Below, in pieces: positions 45,855 through 57,111 of a DNA stretch of 64,000 nucleotides. The notes under the pieces were generated by a model, which saw only the letters and a program-made list of their open reading frames with translations, was not told the origin of the DNA and did not search any database. Where the stretch lies: NCBI GenBank assembly GCA_964016885.1, contig OZ024746.1, forward strand, positions 27,404,001-27,468,000, read 5' to 3'. Both the position numbers and the translations under genes were made by a program. Source of the stretch: Eledone cirrhosa (Eukaryota). The stretch's first letter is position 1, and each line of letters begins with the position of its first letter.

Positions 45855-47790
45855 AATTATTATTATTTCTATTATTATTATTATTATTTTTATTTTCTTT
45901 CATTATTGTTTCTGAGATATATCCCGAGTGTCTTCCTGACACCTAGGGCAAATACATTCACAGTGTGCATTGGTAAGCCAGTTAATACAGCACATTGATT
46001 ATAATAAAAACAAAACAAAAAACAAAACAAAAAAAACAGTATACATATCTGTGCATATGCATATGCAAATACAAGGAAGGACACCAATCCCACAGAGACA
46101 GGGCTCTTCTCAATACGTGTGCAGTACCAATCAAAACAATTTTTTGCACCTTGTGCAGAGAGGGTAAACCAGGAATCATTCGCAAATATTGTTCTGTTCC
46201 TTTCTTGATCATTCCCAGTCCTCCCACAATCACTGGTATTGTAACGGCCTTGAGGTGCCACATTTTCTCAATTTCAATAAGCAGATGTTTATATTTTCGT
46301 AGCTTGGCAAATTCCTTTGCCGCGATATTGTGATCATACGGGATGCTCATATCTATCAATAAACAGACCTTGTTATTTTGATCTTTTACAATGATGTCAG
46401 TATGTACAGGAAAGTCCTAGAGAATTGTTACTTTTTCTCCTTCAGTTACAGCCTCAGGGTGATGATTGTACCACTTGTCTTCAGCTTTGATTTTGTAATG
46501 CCGACATATTACCCAGTGTAGATATTGGCCAACTCTGTCATGTCTATATTTGTATTCTACTGGTTCTAAAACTCTACACCCAGAGACTAAGTGATCCACT
46601 GTTTCAACCTCAGTACCGCAGAATCGGCACTTTGGGTTTATTCCGTTCCTCATCACATTGGCCTGGTAATTACGAGCTTTGATCTTGGGCAGCTAAGATG
46701 AAGCCTTTACTCTCCGCCTTTAGCCCTGAACTACGTAGCCACTGATGGGTGTGCATTTGGTCAACATCAGCTTGTTTGCTACAGGCCACATATTTGCCAT
46801 GCAGAGATTTCTGCTCCCAATTTGATGCTAATTGTCCTTGCCCTTTTGCTTTTGCCAGTGATTTTATGTGCCTAGCATCAGTTGCAACAGTTTCTTTAGT
46901 CTGTCCAGCCTGGGTATCAAGCATGAGATCAGTAGCATATGTTTTCCTCTCCTTCAATATAGAATGAAGCTTCTTACTTCTCTCATGCTTTTCAACAAGT
47001 TTCAGCATACAGTCGTTAGTTGTTTCAAGGTATTTGGCCAGTCCAATGATGGTGGTCTTGTAAGTAAGTTCAAATTAGATCAGGCCACGGCCTCCTTGAG
47101 TTCTAGGAAGGTAAAGACGACCCACATATGCTTTTGGGTGGTGCATCTTATTACAGGTCAGTAGCTTATGGACTTTGGTGACAATTCTTTTGATTTCACT
47201 CATATTCCAGTTGAACACACCGAAGCTATAAGTGACAACTGCGACTGCCAAGGAATTTATGGCTAGCAACTTGTTACGAGCGTTTAGTTCTGATCTCAGA
47301 ACTGCATGTACTCTCCTGTAACATTCTTTCCTTATCCTCTCTTTCATACTGGCATGCCAGAGCCCTCATTAATCCCTAAGTATTTATAGGTTTGTTCCTG
47401 CTCAAGTTCCTTTATGATTGTTTCAGCATCCAATTCAACTGAGTCTGATTTGACAAGCTTCCCCTTCTTGAAAGTGGCTTTTGCACACTTGTCAAGTCCA
47501 AACTCCATCTTGATGTCATCGCTAAACGTTTTTACTGTCCGCAAAAGGCCTTCCAGTTCGTCATTATCTTTGCAATATGGCTTCAAATCATCCATATAAA
47601 ATAGGTGGCTTATTTTTTTGTTGTCAATTCTATAACCGTACCCTGTTCTATTAAGTTCGGATGTAAGGGGTACTAAAGCAATGCAGAAAAGCAAGGGTGA
47701 AAGTGAGTCACCCTGAAATATACCACAGTTGATGTTTATATTCCTAGAGCACAGTACCCTAGTGGAATGAGACAATTGGAGATTTGTGTT
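45855..47790 (-). mobile_element. 5'-truncated R4/Dong-like LINE with (TAA)n tail
   Basis: RT motifs GIFQGDSLSPLLF and LFYMDDLK, CCHC finger CRFCGTEVETVDHLVSGC, RLE region IDMSIPYDHNIAAKEFAKLRKY, with several frameshifts. (ATT)n at 45855-45888 on the plus strand. Confidence 0.9.
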
Positions 47791-48828
47791 CGGGCATCCG
47801 AGTCCCAAATCCAAAAAGCTTTGGGACATGTGTGGGCAAAAAAACCCCACATCAGACGTGGGCAGAAATATGGAACCGTGGACGTATTCTTTGAAACACC
47901 ACAGGAGGCCAGAGAACACTCCATGGCCCCATTAAGAAGTGACGACTTTACACTCGTCCCAAGCTATTGTGGCCAGAGACTCGTGAAGATCAGGGTGACC
48001 CACGTTCCACCGGCCATCGAAATTCCCTGGCTAATAGCTGCCGTCCTCGCCGGCATCGAAGCCAACACCAAGATAATCGAAATAGCGAAAGAAAAGCAGG
48101 AGAACTGGTCCGGATCTGGGTTGGAGCTCCTGATACAAGCGAACCAAAAAAGCATTGAGGAGATCCCAGAGGTAATAGACCTCGCTGACGGCAGCCACCT
48201 CACCGTAATCGTCGAGGGCAGAAGCCCTAGGTGCGTCGTTTGTGGTGAAGGAACCCACCTAAGGGCTTTCTGCCTTCAGGCTAAAAGGTTGAGGCCACCT
48301 CTCTTACCCACCCCAGTGACTCAACCATCAACACCACCAGCAGCAGAGATGGCAGCAACAACTGTAGCAGCAACAACAGAAGCAACTGTAACAGCAACAA
48401 CCCCAGCAACAGTAGCAAAACCAACACCATCATCACCCAACGCGCCAGAACTAGCACCAGCGCCTACACCATCCACCACACCACAAACAAAACCAACGTC
48501 TGTGGAGGATTTTCCACTACCCTGCCTATCACAACTGGAGACAGATTGTGACGACGAGGAGTGGGAAACGGTATCAGGAAAAAAGAAAAAAAGAAACCAA
48601 AAAGAAAATATTCTCTTCCCTCCCCCTCCAAAAACAAAATACAGAGGGGAAACAAATAAACTATCAAACACCAGCATCACCAACCCCATCACCACAAAGA
48701 CCAACACCATCACCATCATTAACCCCAACACCACCATCACCAACACCACAAAAGTCACCAAAAAGCGAAACAGAAACAAACCCACAACAAACGCAAACAA
48801 AACAAAACAAAACAACACTACACAGCAT
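47791..48828 (+). pseudogene. Isolated ORF1 fragment of a second Tx1-like family
   Basis: RASESQIQKALG...VPSYCGQ...THVPP...CVVCGEGTHLRAFC is homologous to ORF1 at 50061-52158. No ORF2 follows. Confidence 0.85.
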
Positions 48829-48831
48829 TAA

Positions 48832-49825
48832 ATTATTATTATTATTGTTGTTATTACTCCTTGAGTCTCAGTCATTGATGTTAGTTAACCGGAAAGTCCG
48901 TTGGAGTGAATATCAAGCCACTACCTGCAGCCTCAGATATTCAGGACGTATGGGAGGGTTCTTGCTGTTCCCAGCAAGCATGCTTTTTGAAGCGTTCCAA
49001 AAAGCGTGAAGGGGCCGATTTTCTTTAACCATCCCTGGAAACTTTTGGAGATAGTCCCCAGTGCGCCTATGACAATCGGGATCACTTTGACTTTGACTTC
49101 ATGGCAGTTCCAAATCCTTTTTACCTCCCACTTTAAGTCCTGGTATCGGTTAATTTTCTCCCTCTCCTTCTCTTGCACTCTCGTGTCGAATGGGCAGGCC
49201 ACATCCACAATCAGACACGATCTTTTTTCTTTGTCTACAACCACCAGGTCAGGTCTATTGTGTTCCAGTTTCTTGTCCGTCTGTATCCTAAAATCACACA
49301 GCACCTTCACCTGATCGTTCTCCATCACCGCCTCTGGCTTATGCTCATACCATTTCTCAGAATGTGGTAAATTGTTTACTTTGCACAGGTGCCAGTGGAT
49401 CACCCTGCCCATCACATCATGTCTCCAGCCCTTATAGTGGGTCTGGGCTAGGTGTTTACACTCGGATACAATGTGAGCCACAGTCTCCTCTCTCTCCACA
49501 GATCCTGCACAGTGGGCTAGCCTCCTCCTTGTAAATATGGTGGTTCAACCACTTCGTATTGAGGGCCTGCTCCTGCGCAGCCATTAACATTCCTTCTGTA
49601 GCCTTTTTAAGGTCTCCTCTTCTCAACCAGTTCCATGTCTGTGGATCTCTAAATTCAGTTTTCTCAAAGAAGGTACTATGAAGGGATTTTTCCTGAAGGC
49701 TGCTCTTTCTCCTTGATGTTATTTCCTCCTTGGACATCCCCTGGCCTATTGTCCCCTCCTTCAGTACAGTTCTGAGCATTGGCTCCTTACTATCAGTCAC
49801 GTATTTGTGTAGGTTGTTTTTCTCC
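48832..49825 (-). mobile_element. 5'-truncated R4/Dong-like LINE (different subfamily) flanked by (TAA)n
   Basis: AAQEQAL, CRICG...ETVAHIVSEC finger (frameshifted) and RPDLVVVD...IVDVACPFD...EKINRY endonuclease. (ATT)n on both sides. Confidence 0.9.
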
Positions 49826-50060
49826 TTATTATTATTATTATTATTGAATGCCATGGTTGACGGAGGCTCGGCTCTGTAAGGTATAGTAATTTTTAACCGT
49901 TAAAACAATTGTAAATTGTTTAAAACTTGAACCAAATTGTTGATAAAGACACCCTCCTCCTCGTGAGAGGGGTCTTTCTGTCCGTTATTTGGCCCTTCGG
50001 GGTTAAATAATCAGTTATTGGGGTTTTGTACCCAAAATTTCATTTTAAACAAAAAACAAC

Positions 50061-52158
50061 ATGGCTACGAAAAAGAAATTTCATACGTCACTCCCACTCA
50101 TTCCGTCTTCTTCTTCCTCAATCATCACTACAGCAGAGAGAAGATTGTCTCTCTCCCTCCCTTCTTTAAATGTGTCTCTCTCCCTCCCTTCTCTTTCGCA
50201 AGTGACGAAAGAAAAGAAAAGTCTCGTGCAAAGCGTGCAAGGTTTCTCCACGACGACGACGACAGCGACGAAACAGGTGTGCGGGAAATACGAAAACCCA
50301 GTTCATTCGTCTGACGTCAGGAATAATAGCAGTAGCAGCCGTAATAACAACAGCAACAGTGACAATGAAAACAACAGTAGCAGCCGCAACAGCATCACCA
50401 GCAGCATAAACAACAACAGCATTAGCAGCAGCAACACCAACAACAACCACAGCAACAGCGGCGGAGGCAGTAGTCGTAGTACCTGCAGCAACAACAAAAG
50501 TACCAGCAGCTCTGACGACAACAACAACAGCAGAGAAAAACCAATCTCATTTGCAGGTATTGCGAAAAACTTGGAAACAATCCTCATAACAAATGAGGAA
50601 TTAGAGGAAGCGAAGAAGATGGTGACAAAGAACGGACACCGAGCAATCTGCAAGGCAGCGAAAAATTTTTTCGAAACCCAAGAGCACTGTACGGTCACGT
50701 ACCGTACAGTAAGTACAAAATCCCGTAGGGTGGAAAGAGCCACAGAGGCCCAAATACAAAAAGCCTTGGGGTCTGTGTGGCAGAGGAAAACGGACATCAC
50801 CCGAGGCAAAAAATACGCCACCGTAGATGTACTTTTTGCCACACCCCAGGAGGCAAAGGCCCAATCAGTAGTGACCCTAAGGAGCGAGGAAATGGTGTTG
50901 GTGCCCTCCTACTGCGGACAAAAAAATTGTGAGGGTCAAACTGACCCACGTCCCCCCCGGAATGACCCCTTCTTGGCTGGCCGCGTCTGTCCTCGTCGGA
51001 ATCGAGGACAAAACAACTGTACTGCAAGTACAGAAAAAAGTAAGAGAAGATTGGGTCGGCTCCTCCATTGAGATGCTAATCCAAACCAACCAGGAGTGCA
51101 TCGAAGCTATCCCGGATGTGATAGACTTCGATAACGGCACTCAACTGCCCATAAGTGTTGAGGGCAAACGCCCGAAATGCTTTCGCTGTGGATCGAAGAC
51201 TCACCTCAGGGCCTTCTGCAACGAGAAGACCCTGAGAAAGGAGAAAACCCCCCTCCTTCCGAATCCGGCTCCACGGCTACCAGCAACAGGACAAGCGGCA
51301 ACCAGGAACGATAGGTCCGTGGCACCCATACCCACTCCACGGAAATCAAAGACAGCAGCAGCAGTGGAAATATTAACAACAACAACAGCAATACCAAATG
51401 CAGCTGCAACAGAGACTCCAGTGCAAACATCACCAACAACAACAAGTGAAAGAGTGGAGCTGGTACCCCTCCCCGACCTTACAGAATCAGACATGGAGTG
51501 TGAGGTGGGAGAGGGATGGCAAAAGGTCGTAAGAAGGCACAAACGCAGAAGCAGCGCATCGTCGCCTTTGAAAAGGGAGGAAAGAAATGAGAAAAGGGTA
51601 AAGTCTACTGCAAAGAGACCCACAGCAGCAACACCACCAACACCATCACCACCCACACCAGCACCACCATCACCACCGGCGACAACCCCACCGCCAACAA
51701 CACCTTCAACACCACCACCACAAGCACCAACATCGCAAACACAACAACAAAACACACACACCCAGCAACAACGACAAGAAAATAGCAGAACCACACCCCA
51801 CCCCCAGAAAAACAAATGCACGGCAATAAACACACACAACAAGAAACTAATGACTTACATAATTGAACACACAGACATTTCACAACAGGACTACATAATA
51901 CCAGCACCAATCAAAACGCCAACTAACATAAGACTGCTAAAAATAGCACAGAAACAATACACAAACATTAAAACGAAATTCCCCAACGCAGTTGGTGATT
52001 TCAGGGACCTAGGAGGAACCTTCAATCGAAGAGTATATTCAGACATTCTCTTAGAAGAGCCGACGACCAGCCGAAGGGACGATTCAACGGTCCCTTCACC
52101 AGACGATCAAGTGAAAAGGGATGTAAAAACCATCCCTCCTCTACCAAAAGTACGGTAA
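50061..52158 (+). CDS. LINE ORF1, gag-like nucleic-acid-binding protein with CCHC knuckle; one frameshift at 50920-50926
   Basis: Joins ORFs 50061..51071 and 50929..52158. Contains CFRCGSKTHLRAFC and WQKVVRRHKRR. The paralog at 47.8 kb reads through the frameshifted position in one frame. Confidence 0.8.
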
Positions 52159-52192
52159 GTGGTCTTTCCCATCTTTTCCACTCTATTTAAAC

Positions 52193-55100
52193 ATGACCTC
52201 ACTCAGAATAGGCAGCATAAATGCGCGTGGCTTGGGGTCGTCATGGAAGCAGGGTCACCTGCTCAACGACCTCAGGTCACTAAACATAGATGTAGTGGCC
52301 ATCAGCGAGACCAGAATCTCCGAAGCACTGGCCTTCGCACCGATCTTCGGCGGCTACGATGTGTACGCATCTCCCAGCCGTCCTGGATCGGGTGGAGGAG
52401 TTGCTGTGCTTTTTCGGAGAGGTTTGGATCTCGCCATACGGGCCATCTTCCTGGACCCAGAGGGTAAGCTGGTGGTGCTGGACGTGACCAGCGGAGACGG
52501 GCAAGCTTTCAGGCTAGTGGCCGTCTATGCCCCGACAGGAGCAGGGCGGCCTGATTTCTTCCGGCGTCTGGAGACCTTTCTTGGAACGTCCCGCTCTTTA
52601 GTGTTAGTGGGCGACTGGAACGGGATCTTAGATGCACGCTGGGACTGTGTGGGATTAGCGGATAGGGGTGGAGGGTGCAAGAGCCTCACCAACCTGCTCA
52701 GGCGTTTTGAACTGTCCTACAGGTACCGATTGGATTTCCCGAATGTGCCAATGTGGACTTGGACAAACCGCATAGGGTCATCCAGATCATATCTAGATAG
52801 AGTATTTTGTAGGGAAATAGATAGGTCTAGCATAGGCTGTCCACAATTCAAGATAGTCAGCTACACGGACCACAAATTCGTGACCTGTGTGCTTGACTTA
52901 GATAGGCTTCATAGACGAGGACCCGGCTACTGGAAGCTAAACGCGTCCTTACCAGCGCGCAAGGCCTACAGAGACCGGATTAGCGAACTAGTTAAGCGGG
53001 CGTTGACGGGGGCCATCGTCAACAACAAGTGGTGGTTTGCTCTGAAAAGAGCGATTAGAATAGAATCGATTAGGTTTAGTAAGGCTTTAGCAATAGAGAA
53101 AAATAGAGCAGAGGGAGAACTAGTTAGAAAATTAGACGAGGCGCTTAGCAAAGGCATTGCGACCGACGTGCTTGCGGCGAAATTGGCCCTTGACCAATTC
53201 TTCAATGCAAAGCACGAAGGCTGCGTTGTCAGAGCTAGGGTGCGTGCTCTCAGACACGAGGGGACGAAAGCCGTTCAATGGGCCCGAGTGGCGGAGGCGC
53301 GTCGTGGCAACAAAGCCACGATCCGGTCTTTGGTGGACCACGACGGGCGCATGCTACTCGATCCCGGGCAAATGTGTGAAGCTTTTCAGCGACACTTCGC
53401 TCAGCTGTTCGGGGGCAGCGGGGGGCCGGGTAGAGGGATGGACTTTAGTGTCTACATCGACGGACTGCCGCGGCTCTCGGCCACTGAGGCGAGGTGTTGC
53501 GAAAAGCCGATAACAGCCGCTGAAGTACGGGAGGCAATGACTGGCTGCACAAGGGGTAAATCGCCTGGTTTGGATGGTCTGCCCTATGAACTTTACGTAC
53601 AGATGCCAGACTTGTTCGGAGGCCTCTTGGCGGACGTCTACTGCAACTGGCAACAGAACGGGAGAATTCCCAGTTCTGTGAGCCGAGGAGCGGTGGCACT
53701 GCTGAGAAAGGATCCGAACAAGGGGGATAACATAGACAATTTCCGGCCCATAACTCTGCTAAACACAGAGTTTAAGATTTTGGCCAAGGTGCTAGCAAAG
53801 AGGTTGGCGCTTGTCGTTGGTGGTCTGGTGGGAGAGGCGCAGACATGCGCCATTCCCGACAGATCCATCCACGACAACCTCCACCTCATGCGATACATCG
53901 TAGAGAGGGTAGCTAGGGAACCTGGCACGGGTGGGTCCTTGATCAATTTAGATCAGTCGAAAGCTTTCGATAGGGTCGACCATCGTTACCTAGCGGCAGT
54001 CCTGAGGGCGGCTGGCTTTGGGCCCGTCTTCAGAGGCTGGATCGCTGCCATGCACAGCGACATCTGCTCTGTGGTGAGAGTGAACGGTCACCTGTCGGAA
54101 CCGTTCAACATCATGCGCTCGGTCCGCCAAGGATGTCCCCTCTCGTCCCTCTTGTACGTATTGACGCTCGAGCCATTACTGCACAAACTGGAGACGTTGA
54201 GGGGAGTCCCGCGCGAACTAGGATGCGGAAGATCCGTGTCAGCATATGCGGACGATGTCACCGTAGTGGTGTCGAACGCCAAACACATCGAGGCGATCGG
54301 CACTACACTAAGAGAATACGAAGCGGTGACAGGAGCAATGATCAACCAGGAAAAGTCAGTGGGCCTGCAGCTCGGCACCTGGAGAGGCAGGTCCATGCCG
54401 TCCAACAGCGTCGTCGGGCGCTGGACGGACGGACCGGTTAAATTGCTAGGGGTCTGGTTCGGTCCGGACCTCCAGACGGACAAAAACTGGGACGAGGTGA
54501 CGAGCAGGGTGGCTTCTCTCACCCAGAAATGGGCGGAGAGGAAGCTATCCCTGAAAGGTCGAGCGGAGGTGGCTAACGCGTACATCGCGTCTGTCATCTG
54601 CTACCGCCTAACCGTCGTACCTTGTCCTAAGCCTCGCCTGACTGCGCTGGAGCGTTTGCTCTTTCGCTTTTTGTGGAAGGGACGTGCTCCGATGGTCAGG
54701 CGGTCCATCTGTTGTCAACACCCGCTACGTGGAGGGCTGGGCATGCCGTGGCTGATGATGCGCAGGCACGCGCTCAGGCTACGACATCTCCACCTCTTCC
54801 TCGACGGTGATCAGGTGTGGTCGCCGTTTGCTAGACGCGTTTTTCCCCAGCTCGTTTCCTTGACGGAGCTGCAGTCCTGGGTCAAGCGAAGACCGAGAGG
54901 GAGCGCCTGGAGACTGGAATGTCTTCAGGCGCTCACAGCCCTCGACCAATCGGGCAATGTGATCGGTGGAAACTCCACCTCGGCGTTCTATAGAGGATTA
55001 GTGGAGGGGAAGAGCGACGACGTACTTGGGGAAACTCTAGGCGTCGACGAAAATCAACTAGCCAATCTCTTCGGAAGAACTTTCGGGCCAGGGCCTAACT

Positions 55101-55606
55101 TCCAGAAATCTCTGGCCTGGCAGTGCTACCGAGGAGCCTTGCCAGTTCGGGATAAACTCTACAGGCATGGAGGTGCCGTCAGCCGGGCATGTCCGAGATG
55201 CGCGCAGGGCGACGAAACCGTCCTGCACGCACTCGTCCAGTGTCCGAAAATTGCTGACTTGTGGGTTTATGTCGAACACCTGCTGTCGCGTTTAGGACGG
55301 ATCCAGCTATCATCTGAGTCCATCGTGAGGATTGCCCCGCCCTCCTCCTTTAGCCGGGAAGGGCAGGCAGTTTTTATCTGTCTGGTGGCCATGGCGAAAG
55401 AGATAGTATGGTGGACACGTTTGAAAGGGCTGAAGACGAGCACTTACCTCTTCGGTGATGCTCTGATTGACTTTTTCAAATTTCATTTGAAAAGGAAAAT
55501 CAGAGTAGAGAGGGAAGTGCTCTCTTCCCAGCATTTTGTTGAAAGATGGGTGAGAGAAGCAAGAATGGCCCGAGTGAATGGGCCGACTCTGAGTATATAT
55601 CTGTAA
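52193..55606 (+). CDS. LINE ORF2 (1137 aa): APE endonuclease, reverse transcriptase, C-terminal CCHC finger
   Basis: APE motifs SINARGL, ISET, VYAP, GDWN, LDRV, TDH. RT motifs KSPGLDG, FRPITLLN, DQSKAFDRV, VRQGCPLS, AYADD. GPGYWKLN linker typical of L1/Tx1. Finger CPRCAQGDETVLHALVQC. Confidence 0.97.
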   Translation: MTSLRIGSINARGLGSSWKQGHLLNDLRSLNIDVVAISETRISEALAFAPIFGGYDVYASPSRPGSGGGVAVLFRRGLDLAIRAIFLDPEGKLVVLDVTSGDGQAFRLVAVYAPTGAGRPDFFRRLETFLGTSRSLVLVGDWNGILDARWDCVGLADRGGGCKSLTNLLRRFELSYRYRLDFPNVPMWTWTNRIGSSRSYLDRVFCREIDRSSIGCPQFKIVSYTDHKFVTCVLDLDRLHRRGPGYWKLNASLPARKAYRDRISELVKRALTGAIVNNKWWFALKRAIRIESIRFSKALAIEKNRAEGELVRKLDEALSKGIATDVLAAKLALDQFFNAKHEGCVVRARVRALRHEGTKAVQWARVAEARRGNKATIRSLVDHDGRMLLDPGQMCEAFQRHFAQLFGGSGGPGRGMDFSVYIDGLPRLSATEARCCEKPITAAEVREAMTGCTRGKSPGLDGLPYELYVQMPDLFGGLLADVYCNWQQNGRIPSSVSRGAVALLRKDPNKGDNIDNFRPITLLNTEFKILAKVLAKRLALVVGGLVGEAQTCAIPDRSIHDNLHLMRYIVERVAREPGTGGSLINLDQSKAFDRVDHRYLAAVLRAAGFGPVFRGWIAAMHSDICSVVRVNGHLSEPFNIMRSVRQGCPLSSLLYVLTLEPLLHKLETLRGVPRELGCGRSVSAYADDVTVVVSNAKHIEAIGTTLREYEAVTGAMINQEKSVGLQLGTWRGRSMPSNSVVGRWTDGPVKLLGVWFGPDLQTDKNWDEVTSRVASLTQKWAERKLSLKGRAEVANAYIASVICYRLTVVPCPKPRLTALERLLFRFLWKGRAPMVRRSICCQHPLRGGLGMPWLMMRRHALRLRHLHLFLDGDQVWSPFARRVFPQLVSLTELQSWVKRRPRGSAWRLECLQALTALDQSGNVIGGNSTSAFYRGLVEGKSDDVLGETLGVDENQLANLFGRTFGPGPNFQKSLAWQCYRGALPVRDKLYRHGGAVSRACPRCAQGDETVLHALVQCPKIADLWVYVEHLLSRLGRIQLSSESIVRIAPPSSFSREGQAVFICLVAMAKEIVWWTRLKGLKTSTYLFGDALIDFFKFHLKRKIRVEREVLSSQHFVERWVREARMARVNGPTLSIYL

Positions 55607-55854
55607 ACTAAAGGTGGAAAACTGGGAGAGGGCACTTGCCTTGGTGGTCAGGGTCATTGTGGCTTTTTACTGGGCTTTCTCCACAAATGTCCCTCCGAAG
55701 TCTCCCCCCTATTGGGGAATTTTTCATTGTTATTTTTTGTTACATCCTCTGTTTATGTTTTTTACACGCAGAAATGCCCATTTGTACCGTCCTGCATTGT
55801 CCTGCACTGTCCTTAATGTCTACTTTATGTAAACCCTTGTGGTTAATAAAGAAA

Positions 55855-55946
<92 letters not shown>

Positions 55947-56035
55947 ATCATTATTATTATTGTTGTTGTTGAACTGATAGATTGTATGAAAAAGGACTGT
56001 TAGTATTTAGTTGAAACACAGTTGTGTAGCCTCTG

Positions 56036-56473
56036 ATCACATATCTGTATGGTAGTCTGTGTATATCACATATCTGTATGGTAGACTGTGTATATCACAT
56101 ATCAGTATGGTAGTCAGTGTATATCACATATCTGTATGGTAGTCTGTGTATATCACATATCTGTATGGTAGTCTGTGTATATCACATATCTGTATGGTAG
56201 TCTGTGTATATCACATATCAGTATGGTAGTCTGTGTATATCACATATCTGTATGGTAGTCTGTGTATATCATATATCTGTATGGTAGTCTGTGTATATAA
56301 CATATCTGTATGGTAGTCTGTGTATATCACATATCTGTATGGTAGTCAGTGTATATCACATATCTGTATGGTAGTCTGTGTATATATCATATCTGTATGG
56401 TAGTCTGTGTATATCACATATCTGTATGGTAGTCTATGTATATATCATATCTGTATGGTAGTCTGTGTATATC
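56036..56473. repeat. 29-bp minisatellite, about 15 copies
   Basis: Unit CACATATCTGTATGGTAGTCTGTGTATAT repeated head-to-tail with few substitutions. Confidence 0.95.
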
Positions 56474-56581
56474 AGAGGCTGAAAGAGAATATATAACAAC
56501 TGAAATAATTATGAAGTCTCAACAGATTTCACAAGAGAACGTTCAGAGATACAGCGAGATAGAGATAGATAGAGAGAGAGA

Positions 56582-56664
<83 letters not shown>

Positions 56665-57078
56665 AAGGGAGCAAAAGCAAAGGGGAGAGAAGAGGCGAAA
56701 GAAGGTGGGAGAGAGAAACGGGTAGAGAAAGGAGAGAAAAGAGAGGAGAGAATGACATATTGCAATATTGTCTTTATATTCCTATAGAACACTTCTGGAT
56801 TTCCGCTTGACTGAAAGTTTATCAAGGAATTCACATATATTATTGGCAGGAACGTTGCATCGGCCATTAATGTACTTGATGTACTTGATGATGAGGACGA
56901 CAACGAGAATTATCATGATGAAAAGACGACGACGACGACGACGACGATGATGTGACTAATAAAATAAATATGATAATGATGATTTAGAAGACGATAGATA
57001 ATACTAACAGCAATATAACAATTATAATCACTTTTGTAAGAGCACGCAATATAAATAAAACTACTTAATGCCAATAGT

Positions 57079-57110
<32 letters not shown>

Positions 57111-57111
<1 letters not shown>

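Larger units (their letters stand above)
49846..55856 (+). mobile_element. Full-length L1/Tx1-clade non-LTR retrotransposon inserted in (ATT)n
   Basis: 215-nt 5' UTR, ORF1, 34-nt spacer, ORF2, 250-nt 3' UTR with AATAAA (55845-55850). (TTA)n lies immediately upstream (49826-49845) and (ATT)n immediately downstream (55857 onward). Confidence 0.92.

Noticed and set aside
47344-47919. N-terminus of the 191-aa minus ORF and the first residues of the 354-aa plus ORF
   Set aside because: Chimeric read-through across the 47790/47791 junction, not genuine starts.
52280-55657. Antisense and alternate-frame ORFs within the Tx1 element
   Set aside because: Expected by-products of GC-rich coding sequence; no recognisable motifs.
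56036-56473. CRISPR-like periodicity
   Set aside because: Head-to-tail 29-bp units with no unique spacers, eukaryotic context and no cas genes.
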